A stretch of 64,000 nt of DNA, from the NCBI GenBank assembly GCA_031441465.1, contig JANOEP010000061.1:40683-104682 (forward strand), in the 5' to 3' direction. The translations under genes and the position numbers were made by a program. This document shows positions 28,281 through 36,737 of this stretch, one piece after another. A model generated the notes under the pieces. That model was not told where the DNA came from and made no database searches. It saw only the letters and a program-made list of their open reading frames with translations. Origin of the DNA: a bacterium. GTDB lineage: Bacteria > Krumholzibacteriota > Krumholzibacteriia > LZORAL124-64-63. Position 1 is the stretch's first letter. Every line of letters begins with the position of its first letter.

Positions 28281-30821
28281 ATGCCTGCGAAGGAAGCCAC
28301 AGCCCGTATCAAGATCAATAAGCTGCTCGAAACGGCGGGCTGGCGGTTCTTCCCGGACGGCGAGGCGCCCGCCAACATCCGCCTCGAACCGGGAGTGTCG
28401 ATCAAGTCGACCGAGTTGGACGCGCTCGGGGACAATTTCGAAAAGGTCGGCAAGGGATTCGTTGATTTCCTCCTGCTCGACACCAAGGGTTTTCCGCTCA
28501 TCGTCCTGGAAGCCAAGGCCGAGGACAAGAATCCGCTCGTCGGCAAGGAGCAGGCCCGCAAGTACGCCCGCTCCCTGGACTGCCGCTTCATCATCCTATC
28601 CAACGGGAATCTGCACTACTTTTGGGACCTCGAGCGCGGCAACCCCTACGTCATCACCTCGATCCCGACACCGGAATCGGCCGGCGGCTACCGGAAGACC
28701 ACGCCGGATCCGCAACGCCTCATCACCGACGAGGTGGGGGCGGACTACATCGTCCTCTCCCAGCGGCCGAACTACCGCTCCGAGGCGGGGTGGCTGCAGG
28801 AAGCGGAACGTCTCGGCTACATCCAGGCCAACAAGCTCCGGTTCCTGCGGCCCTACCAGCTCAAGGCCATCCACAGCCTCCAGGCCGCAGTGGGCGCCGG
28901 AAAGGACCGCTTCCTGTTCGAGATGGCCACCGGCACCGGGAAAACCCTGACCGCTGCCGCCGTCATCAAACTCTTCCTACGGTCCGGCAACGCTCGGCGC
29001 GTCCTGTTCCTGGTCGACCGGCTCGAGCTGGAGGACCAGGCCAAGAAGGCCTTCACCGCGCTGCTGTCTGCCGACTTCCGGACGGACATCTACAAGGAGC
29101 ACCGCGACGACTGGCGGCGGTCGGAGATCGTGGTCACCACGGTGCAGTCGCTGCTCTTCAACAACAAGTACCAGCGGCTCTTCTCGCCGACCGATTTCGA
29201 CCTCGTCATCTCCGACGAAGCGCACCGCTCCATCGGCGGCAACGCCCGCGCCGTCTTCGATTACTTCATCGGTTACAAGCTGGGCCTCACCGCCACGCCC
29301 CGCGACTATCTCCGCCGGTTCGACGGCTCGCATCCGGGTACCCGCGACCCGCGCGAGGCCGAACGCCGGCTGCTGCTGGACACATACCGCACGTTCGGCT
29401 GCGAAAACAGCCAGCCGACCTTCCGCTACTCCCTGCTGGACGGCGTGAAGGAGGGCTTCCTCATCAATCCCACGGTGGTGGACGCCCGCACCGGGGTCAC
29501 CACCGAACTGCTGTCGGAGGCGGGTTTCATCGTTTCGTTCACGGACGAGGCCGGCGAGGATCAGCAGCAGGCTTATCGGCAGCGCGAATTCGAGAAGCGG
29601 TTCTTCGCGGACGCCACCAACCAACTATTCTGCAAGACGTTTTTGGAGAATGCGTTACGCGATCCGGTAAGCGGGGAGATCGGCAAGTCGATCGTCTTCG
29701 CCGTCAGCCAGAACCACGCCGCCAAGCTGGCGCAGATCCTCAATCAGATGGCCGACCGCATGTTTCCCGGCAGGTACCGCTCCGATTTCGCGGTCCAGGT
29801 GACCTCGCAGATCACCGACGCCCAGCAGTTCACGATCAACTTCAGCAACAACAACCTGCTCGGCTCGGGCAACTTCCTGCCGGGCTACAAGACCAGCAAG
29901 GCGCGGGTGTGCGTGACGGTCGGCATGATGACCACCGGCTACGACTGCACCGACATCCTCAATCTCGGCCTGTTCCGTCCCATCTTTTCGCCCACCGACT
30001 TCATCCAGATCAAGGGACGGGGCACGCGAAAGCACGACTTCCGGGAGCAGCTCTTCGACGACAGCCTGAAGGACGGCGTTCGCAACCCGGTCAAGACGGC
30101 CTTCAAGCTGTTCGATTTCTTCGCCAATTGCGAGTACTTCGAGGAGGAGTTCAACTACGACGAAGTGCTGAAGCTCCCTAGGTCTCCGGGGGAGGCCCGA
30201 GGCGAGAAAGGCGAACCGGGCCCGTTCAAGTTCGATGGCACCTACGATCACAAAGGCATCGACATCATCGCTTCGCTACGGGAAGAGACCGTCGGCTACG
30301 AGGGGATGAAGATCGACCGCATGTTCTTCGAGCGGTTCGAGGATGTCGTACGGGAGGACGCCACCATCGCGGGTGCGGTGGAGGCCGGCCAGTGGGACCG
30401 CGTGATCGACTACGTGAACCGCGAGGTCTTCGACAAGCCCGAGGAGTACTACACGCTCGACAAGCTGCGCAAGGCCGCCGCCGTCGACCGACGGCTGACT
30501 CTGCGGGAGATCCTGGAGAAGATCTTCGGCCTCATCCCTCGCTTCAAGTCCCGGGACGAGCTGCTGGAAGAGGAGTTCGCCAAGTTCGTGGCCGACGCCA
30601 AGCCCGAGGAAGCGGCCGCCATCCCGGCCATCAAGACATACTTCAAGGCCTACATCACCAGCGGCCACGTGCGTGACATCATCGAAAGTCGGCAGTTCAC
30701 CGATCTAGCCACCAATCCCGTGTTCTCCGCCCACGACTTCCGCGCCGTGCCGGCCAGGTACCGCACGCTGATCCCTGAATACATCAAGGATTACGTTTCA
30801 TTGAACCAGTTCGCCGCCTAG
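28281..30821 (+). CDS. hsdR: Type I restriction enzyme R subunit (nuclease plus SF2 translocase)
   Basis: VDFLL...IVLEAK nuclease motif, LRPYQ, MATGTGKT, DEAHRS, GLTATP, MMTTGYD and QIKGRGTR. Confidence 0.88.
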   Translation: MPAKEATARIKINKLLETAGWRFFPDGEAPANIRLEPGVSIKSTELDALGDNFEKVGKGFVDFLLLDTKGFPLIVLEAKAEDKNPLVGKEQARKYARSLDCRFIILSNGNLHYFWDLERGNPYVITSIPTPESAGGYRKTTPDPQRLITDEVGADYIVLSQRPNYRSEAGWLQEAERLGYIQANKLRFLRPYQLKAIHSLQAAVGAGKDRFLFEMATGTGKTLTAAAVIKLFLRSGNARRVLFLVDRLELEDQAKKAFTALLSADFRTDIYKEHRDDWRRSEIVVTTVQSLLFNNKYQRLFSPTDFDLVISDEAHRSIGGNARAVFDYFIGYKLGLTATPRDYLRRFDGSHPGTRDPREAERRLLLDTYRTFGCENSQPTFRYSLLDGVKEGFLINPTVVDARTGVTTELLSEAGFIVSFTDEAGEDQQQAYRQREFEKRFFADATNQLFCKTFLENALRDPVSGEIGKSIVFAVSQNHAAKLAQILNQMADRMFPGRYRSDFAVQVTSQITDAQQFTINFSNNNLLGSGNFLPGYKTSKARVCVTVGMMTTGYDCTDILNLGLFRPIFSPTDFIQIKGRGTRKHDFREQLFDDSLKDGVRNPVKTAFKLFDFFANCEYFEEEFNYDEVLKLPRSPGEARGEKGEPGPFKFDGTYDHKGIDIIASLREETVGYEGMKIDRMFFERFEDVVREDATIAGAVEAGQWDRVIDYVNREVFDKPEEYYTLDKLRKAAAVDRRLTLREILEKIFGLIPRFKSRDELLEEEFAKFVADAKPEEAAAIPAIKTYFKAYITSGHVRDIIESRQFTDLATNPVFSAHDFRAVPARYRTLIPEYIKDYVSLNQFAA

Positions 30822-30829
30822 GAGCACCG

Positions 30830-31663
30830 ATGAGCAAGACCAGGAAATCCAACATCGACGTGCAAGGCACGGCCATCACCGTGCTATCCCAGAATGAGTC
30901 GGATTTCATCAGTCTGACGGATATCGCGCGGGTCAAGAACGCCGACCGCTCCGACGATCTCGTGCGCAACTGGCTCAGGAACCGCAATACGGTGGAATTT
31001 CTCGGGGTTTGGGAGCGCCTCAACAATCCCGGTTTCAATTCCGTGGAATTCGACGGGATTAAACCGCAGGCTGGCCTGAACAGTTTCGCCTTGACCCCGA
31101 AGCAGTGGATCGAGAAAACGAACGCCATCGGCATCGTATCCCGGGCGGGCCGCTATGGCGGGACATACGCCCACAAAGACATCGCGTTCGAATTCGCCGC
31201 CTGGATCTCGGTCGAGTTCAAGCTATATTTGATCAAGGAGTTCCAGCGCCTGAAGGAAGACGAGAACCGTCGCCTGTCGCTCGCCTGGAACCTGAACCGC
31301 ACCCTCGCCAAGCTCAACTACCGCATCCATACCGACGCCATCAAGACGCACCTGATCCCATCCGCGGTGACGTCTGCGCAGGCCGCCATCACCTACGCCA
31401 ATGAAGCGGACATGCTCAACGTCGCCCTCTTCGCCCAGACGGCCAAGCAATGGCGGGACGCCAATCCCGCCCTGGAAGGGAACATGCGCGAGTACGCCAC
31501 CGTCGAACAGTTGCTGGTGCTCGCCAACATCGAGGGAATGAACGCCGAACTCATGCACATGGGGCTGTCGCAGGGGGAGCGCCTCAAGCGCCTCAACGAG
31601 ATCGCCATCCGTCAGATGCAGGTGCTCACCACCGCACCGACCATCAAACACCTCAAGGAATAG
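30830..31663 (+). CDS. KilA-N domain DNA-binding protein
   Basis: DFISLTDIA, NWLRNRNTVEFLGVWE, GRYGGTYAHKDIAFEFAAWISVEFKLYLIKEFQRLK and LAKLNYRIHTDAIK. Confidence 0.88.
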   Translation: MSKTRKSNIDVQGTAITVLSQNESDFISLTDIARVKNADRSDDLVRNWLRNRNTVEFLGVWERLNNPGFNSVEFDGIKPQAGLNSFALTPKQWIEKTNAIGIVSRAGRYGGTYAHKDIAFEFAAWISVEFKLYLIKEFQRLKEDENRRLSLAWNLNRTLAKLNYRIHTDAIKTHLIPSAVTSAQAAITYANEADMLNVALFAQTAKQWRDANPALEGNMREYATVEQLLVLANIEGMNAELMHMGLSQGERLKRLNEIAIRQMQVLTTAPTIKHLKE

Positions 31664-31666
31664 CCC

Positions 31667-33628
31667 GTGCTCGACACTGCCACCAAACGCCGCATCGACA
31701 CCGCCCGTGACATCCTCGTGGGCAAGGTACCCGATCCCAAGAGCCAGGTCGAACAAATCACCATCGCGCTGATCTACAAGTTCATGGACGACATGGACGC
31801 CGAGAGCGAGGAGCTGGGCGGGAAGCGCAAGTTCTTCGCAGGCGGCTTCGCTCGTTATGGGTGGGCTAAGCTCATGCGTTCCGGTCTCGGCGGGCACGAG
31901 ACCCTGAACCTGTATGCCGAGGCCATTACGAAAATGCCCGAGAACCCCGGTGTACCGTCGCTCTTCCGCGACATTTTCAAGAACGCGTTCCTGCCGTACC
32001 GCGACCCGGAAACTCTGCGCGCGTTTCTCAAGATCATCGACGAGTTTTCTTACGACCACAGCGAGCGTTTGGGCGATGCCTTCGAGTACCTGCTGTCGGT
32101 GCTCGGCTCCCAGGGTGATGCCGGACAGTTCCGGACTCCGCGGCATATCATCGACTTCATGGTCGAGGTCATCGATCCGAAAAAGAACGAGACCGTGCTC
32201 GATCCGGCGTGTGGAACGGCGGGGTTTTTGATCTCGTCCTGGAAGCACATCCTCAGGGCCAACACCGACGCCAAGGGCGCCAGCACGCTGACGCCTGATG
32301 AGAAAGGACTACTGGCAAGAAATTTTAAGGGGTACGACATTTCACCTGATATGGTGCGCTTGTCGTTGGTGAATCTGTACCTGCACGGTTTTGCCGACCC
32401 ACATATCGTGGAGTACGACACGCTCACATCGCTTGACAAGTGGGGAGAACACGCCGACGTGATCCTCGCCAACCCGCCCTTCATGTCGCCGAAGGGCGGG
32501 ATCAAACCGCACAATAGGTTCTCTATTCAGGCGAAGCGCAGCGAAGTGCTGTTTGTGGACTATATGGCTGAGCATCTCACTCCCCATGGGCGTGCCGGGA
32601 TCATCGTGCCTGAGGGAATCATCTTCCAGAGTCAGGCGTCATACAAACAACTGCGCAAGTTGTTGGTGGAGGAGTACCTCGTGGCAGTTGTGTCACTTCC
32701 TGCGGGGGTGTTTCAGCCATATTCTGGGGTGAAGACATCGATTCTTGTTCTTGATAAACTGCTTGCTAAGATGAGCGACTCCATCGTCTTCTTCAAGATC
32801 GAGAATGATGGTTTCGGCTTGGGAGCACAGCGTCGTACTATCGAAAGCAACGACCTCCCGCGGGTAAACATCGAACTTGGCGCTTACCTCCACGCTTTGC
32901 GTAGCCAACAGCCAACTACTCGGTTTCAGCCATCATGTGGGTTAGTCGTATTAAAGGAAAAGATCGCCGCCAATGGGGATTACAACCTGAGTGGTGAGCG
33001 ATATCGAGATGTTGAGACGAGGAATCATGCATTTCCAATAGTTCGTATTGGGGATGTGTGTACCATCAATCCACGCAAGGGTCAAATATCTGATCTGTCG
33101 CCGGGAACACGCGTCTCCTTCGTGCCTATGGCTGATCTGAACGAACATTGCATCGCATTTAATCCCAGAAATGAAAAGGCGATGTCGGAAGTAGCGGCGA
33201 GTTACACATATTTTGAGGACAATGATGTTCTGCTCGCCAAGGTTACTCCCTGCTTTGAAAACGGAAAGGCAGGAGTCGCTCGCGATCTTGTTAACGGAAT
33301 TGGATTTGGCTCCAGTGAGTTCTATGTGTTACGAAGTAGTGACAAAGTCTTGCCGGAGTGGATCTACTATTGCGTTATGCATCCGCTCTTTCGGGATGCG
33401 GCTATTGCACAGATGACTGGTACTGGCGGATTACAGCGCGTTCCACGAGATTATGTTGAAAACTTCCAAATACCCCTACCATCGATTGAAATGCAGAATG
33501 AGATCGTGGCAAAGATTGGAAACTACCAGAATGGTATTGCTGGCGCTCAGGAGATGATCGCCTGTTTCAAACAAAAAATCCAAACAGAAATCACTCGTGT
33601 TTGGGATGAGAGCGCGCCAACACCATAG
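31667..33628 (+). CDS. N6-adenine DNA methyltransferase fused to a single Type I specificity (TRD) domain (HsdM-S fusion)
   Basis: GQFRTPRHII, DPACGTAGFL (motif I), ANPPF (motif IV) and GVFQPYSGVKT, then S-like RIGDVCTINP...DVLLAKVTPCFENGK...MTGTGGLQRVP...IPLPSIEMQNEIV. Confidence 0.88.
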   Translation: MLDTATKRRIDTARDILVGKVPDPKSQVEQITIALIYKFMDDMDAESEELGGKRKFFAGGFARYGWAKLMRSGLGGHETLNLYAEAITKMPENPGVPSLFRDIFKNAFLPYRDPETLRAFLKIIDEFSYDHSERLGDAFEYLLSVLGSQGDAGQFRTPRHIIDFMVEVIDPKKNETVLDPACGTAGFLISSWKHILRANTDAKGASTLTPDEKGLLARNFKGYDISPDMVRLSLVNLYLHGFADPHIVEYDTLTSLDKWGEHADVILANPPFMSPKGGIKPHNRFSIQAKRSEVLFVDYMAEHLTPHGRAGIIVPEGIIFQSQASYKQLRKLLVEEYLVAVVSLPAGVFQPYSGVKTSILVLDKLLAKMSDSIVFFKIENDGFGLGAQRRTIESNDLPRVNIELGAYLHALRSQQPTTRFQPSCGLVVLKEKIAANGDYNLSGERYRDVETRNHAFPIVRIGDVCTINPRKGQISDLSPGTRVSFVPMADLNEHCIAFNPRNEKAMSEVAASYTYFEDNDVLLAKVTPCFENGKAGVARDLVNGIGFGSSEFYVLRSSDKVLPEWIYYCVMHPLFRDAAIAQMTGTGGLQRVPRDYVENFQIPLPSIEMQNEIVAKIGNYQNGIAGAQEMIACFKQKIQTEITRVWDESAPTP

Positions 33629-33911
33629 AAGAATTGAGTAGCGGCAGAAATCTTGTTGTCACCTCTCGATTCAATAAGCAAGTAATGCAGAATAGTCGAA
33701 TAATGCTGCTAGCTATTCATAATATCGATTGATGTAAGCAATCAGGTGCGATGGATCTCTTCGTGAATGGGGGCTCGGGGCATGGCCTCATGCTTGAGTA
33801 GTAGTTAGCTACATTGCGATTACATCAGTAATCGATGGTGCGGCCGTAGCCTCGCTGTAATTAATCTCCAGACCAGAAGACAAGGCAGTCAACCCCGAAT
33901 CATGATAATCG

Positions 33912-34724
33912 TCAGTCACTTGAGCCCGCCTGCACGACGAGTGAAAGAACAAGCGAAGCCAGCGCATACCCGAAGATCCCCGGCAGCGCGATCCCGCTCG
34001 GCAGCCGGTTGCGCACCCGCCCCCGCTCGTACCGCGGATCGTCAAGATCGGGCGCCAGCGCCTCGGCCGGCTCCTCCTCCGACCACACGCAGGGGATGGG
34101 CGCCGTCACCCCGCGCCGCCTCAGGTACTTCCGCACCCGACCGGCCAGCGGGCAGCGCCGGCTCTCCCACAGATCCCCCGCCCTCACGAACGACACGTCG
34201 GTGCGCCCGGCCGCTCCCATGCTGCTGACCACGGGGATGCCGAGCCCGACGCACGCCGCCAGCAGTTCGACCTTGGGGTTGAGCGCGTCGATCGCGTCGA
34301 CGACGCACGTCGGCGGCGGCGCGAGCAGCGCGTCCGCGGTGTCCGTGTGGAAGAACGCCTCCACCCCGGCGATGGCGGTGTCCGGGCAGGTGAGGCGCAG
34401 GAACTCGCCGACGACCGCGACCTTCGGGCGGCCGATGTCCGCCGCCGTCGCGCAGGGGCTGCGGTTCAGCGACGACGCCGTCACCGGGTCGAAGTCGATC
34501 AGCGTGAGCCGCCCGATCCCGCTGCGTGCCAGCGCCAGAGCGGCGTGCGCACCCACGCCGCCGAGCCCGCAGACGACGACCGACGCGGCGCGGAGGCGCG
34601 CGAAGCCCGCGTCCCCGTAGAGGTCGACCGTGCGTGTGAAGCGTTCAGGGCAGCCCGCGCTCCCGGCTTGTGCAAGCGCTCCGAGGGGTGAATGACGGTT
34701 CTTGGCCACTGATCGCCGTTCCAT
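33912..34724 (-). CDS. tcdA: tRNA threonylcarbamoyladenosine dehydratase (ThiF/E1-like)
   Basis: GLGGVG, LARSGIGRLTLIDFD...SSLNR, VVDAID...K, VVSSMGAAGR, CPLAGRVRKYLR and CVWSEE. Start uncertain. Confidence 0.85.
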   Translation of the reverse strand: MERRSVAKNRHSPLGALAQAGSAGCPERFTRTVDLYGDAGFARLRAASVVVCGLGGVGAHAALALARSGIGRLTLIDFDPVTASSLNRSPCATAADIGRPKVAVVGEFLRLTCPDTAIAGVEAFFHTDTADALLAPPPTCVVDAIDALNPKVELLAACVGLGIPVVSSMGAAGRTDVSFVRAGDLWESRRCPLAGRVRKYLRRRGVTAPIPCVWSEEEPAEALAPDLDDPRYERGRVRNRLPSGIALPGIFGYALASLVLSLVVQAGSSD

Positions 34725-35320
34725 TATGCGGGGATGCCACGCTGATCGGATGACCACGCATTCTTGCCGGGATGATGCTTTAATTTCAGAGGTTTACTCT
34801 TTTGGCTGTGGTGCATTGTCGAGGCAATGATGCCTACAAATGAGCAAACATAATCTCGGTAGACTGTCAGGTGTTCACTGCTCAGGAAACAATACTCTGA
34901 GTCGACTACCTTCTCTTTGAATAGATTAATCAGGATGAGCCGAGGGAATACTTCATCCCTTGGGTCTGTGAAGATTCGGCCCTTACTCTCCCAATCCGCA
35001 ATGGTTTCACGCCTGGGGCCCTTCATCACTTGGGCCATTTCAGCTTGGGTCATGCCATACAAAGTCCGCAGATAGCGGAGATGCTCTCCCTTCATCCCCG
35101 GGGGAGTCAAAAGCAGAAAGAGGCCAATCGCCTGCAACAATTGCTGTTCGTCATGAATCTGCGTGATGATGTCATCGCACTCACCGCAATGAGTAATTGT
35201 AACCCCATTCCCGAATAACTTGAGGCCGGAAATTCCTGAGTGTTTATATCGGTATTCGTTGGGTGTCTCGACCTCGACATTGGTCGATCCACAAGCCGGG
35301 CACCTTTTCTTCGTAGCCAT
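34724..35320 (-). CDS. MqsA-like antitoxin (Zn-finger plus XRE HTH)
   Basis: CPACGS...CGEC zinc ribbon and LRYLRTLYGMTQAEMAQVM...RETIADWE HTH. Low GC. Confidence 0.75.
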   Translation of the reverse strand: MATKKRCPACGSTNVEVETPNEYRYKHSGISGLKLFGNGVTITHCGECDDIITQIHDEQQLLQAIGLFLLLTPPGMKGEHLRYLRTLYGMTQAEMAQVMKGPRRETIADWESKGRIFTDPRDEVFPRLILINLFKEKVVDSEYCFLSSEHLTVYRDYVCSFVGIIASTMHHSQKSKPLKLKHHPGKNAWSSDQRGIPA

Positions 35321-35337
35321 TTTATCCTCTCACACGA

Positions 35338-35637
35338 TCAAAACACGGTGATACAGGTCGCGTCCCTGTTTGTTGCGATTCCAACCACAAGTTTGACTTT
35401 TCCTAATTCGGGAAGCGATGCCTGAATTTTTATCCTGTAGCTGTTATGGCTGTCATCCTTGACAGGTCCGTCTACTATATCCCCTGTCCTGAGCACCTGG
35501 ATGACATGCATCGACGTCAACGACGGAAACCTCTTTTCGACGCGTACCCAGAAGTGGCTGGAGTAGGCGAGTCCAATTTCATTCCTACAGACACGGGCAA
35601 TGATCGCCTCCGCGTCAGGCTTGCTCAATGGTTTCAT
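35338..35637 (-). CDS. DUF4258-like small protein, putative RNase toxin
   Basis: 99 aa, YSSHFWVRVEKR...IQVLRTG...YRI...LVV...CITVF. Upstream of the HTH gene; low GC. Confidence 0.7.
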   Translation of the reverse strand: MKPLSKPDAEAIIARVCRNEIGLAYSSHFWVRVEKRFPSLTSMHVIQVLRTGDIVDGPVKDDSHNSYRIKIQASLPELGKVKLVVGIATNRDATCITVF

Positions 35638-35648
35638 AGGCTGCCCTC

Positions 35649-35677
35649 AATCTAGCAAAATGTACGCTCATCGTACA
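35649..35677 (-). promoter_or_regulatory. Palindromic operator and extended -10 of the toxin-antitoxin operon
   Basis: TGTACG-CTCAT-CGTACA perfect inverted repeat at 35661-35677, next to minus-strand TGCTAGATT (TGn-TAGATT) just upstream of the ATG at 35637. Confidence 0.6.
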
Positions 35678-35896
35678 GGCCCTATCAAAGAATTGTTGAA
35701 TCGGCCTGAAATCGACTAATTGGACCCGAAATAGAACATTATTCGCCTGCAGGCCGCCCAGCCGGGAAGCAGAACCCCGCGCAGTTCGGCCTCTTCCTGC
35801 TCAGGGAGGGGCGCGTAGGTACCGCATCGTCGGCATGGTAGGGCTGGTCACGGCAAGCCATCAGCAGGTCATTAACCCCGGACAGAATCTCGTTGG

Positions 35897-36679
35897 TCAG
35901 CCGTGTGGCACCGCTCCGTCCAGTCGAAAAAGGTCACGGGCATTCTCCGTGGTGAAGGCGGCGACGGCGTCCGCCGTCTGGCCGCGAAGTTCCGCCATCG
36001 CGAGGCAGACCTCTCGCACGTGCCGCGGCTCGCAGGCGCCGGCGAGCACGTCCTGCAGCCCGATCGAGGGGGCGTCGGTCTCCAGCACGAGGCGTTCCGC
36101 GGGCGCCGCCGCGGCGCCGAGCCGCGCCCGCGCGCCCGGCCGCGTGATCGCCCCGCCGAAGCCCAGGTGCAACCCGAGTTCCAGATAGCGCCGGGCCAGT
36201 TCGGGTCCGCGCGAGAACGCGTGCACGACGCCCCGCACCGGTGCGCTCCCGTAGACCTCGCGCAGCAGCGGGATCAGGTGCTCGGCGGCGCCGCGGTCGT
36301 GCAGGATCACCGGCAGGTCCAGCTCGCGCGCCAGCCCCAGCTGCAGGCGCAGGACCTCGGCCTGACGGTCCAGACCAGGCGTGCCCACCTTGGCGTCGAG
36401 TCCGATCTCGCCGACCGCGACCGCGCCGCAGGCGATCAGGCGCCGGCGCAGGTCGTCGACGTCGAGGGGCCGATCCGCGACCCAGGGATGCAACCCCAGC
36501 GCTGAGTGGACGCCCGGGTGCGCCGAGGCGAGCGCCGTCACCGCCTCCCAGGAGGCCGGATCGTAGGCCGGCGCCACGACATCGCTCACGCCCGCCGCGC
36601 GGGCGCGCGCCAGCACGCCGACGACATCGTCGGCCAGCGGCGCGGCGTCCAGGTGCGCATGGGTCTCGATCAGTCGCAT
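35897..36679 (-). CDS. TatD family hydrolase
   Basis: IETHAHL, GLHPW, VGEIGLD, PVILH, GVVHAFS and LVLETDAP. Confidence 0.92.
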   Translation of the reverse strand: MRLIETHAHLDAAPLADDVVGVLARARAAGVSDVVAPAYDPASWEAVTALASAHPGVHSALGLHPWVADRPLDVDDLRRRLIACGAVAVGEIGLDAKVGTPGLDRQAEVLRLQLGLARELDLPVILHDRGAAEHLIPLLREVYGSAPVRGVVHAFSRGPELARRYLELGLHLGFGGAITRPGARARLGAAAAPAERLVLETDAPSIGLQDVLAGACEPRHVREVCLAMAELRGQTADAVAAFTTENARDLFRLDGAVPHG

Positions 36680-36737
36680 GCCCCGATGATGCCTGAGATG
36701 GAGCGGGTCGTCCAGTCCGGGCGCCGGATTCCGGGCG

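Noticed and set aside
33712..33740. CATAA-TATCGA-TTGATGTAAG, superficially dif-like
   Set aside because: The right arm deviates too much from TTATGTTAAAT.
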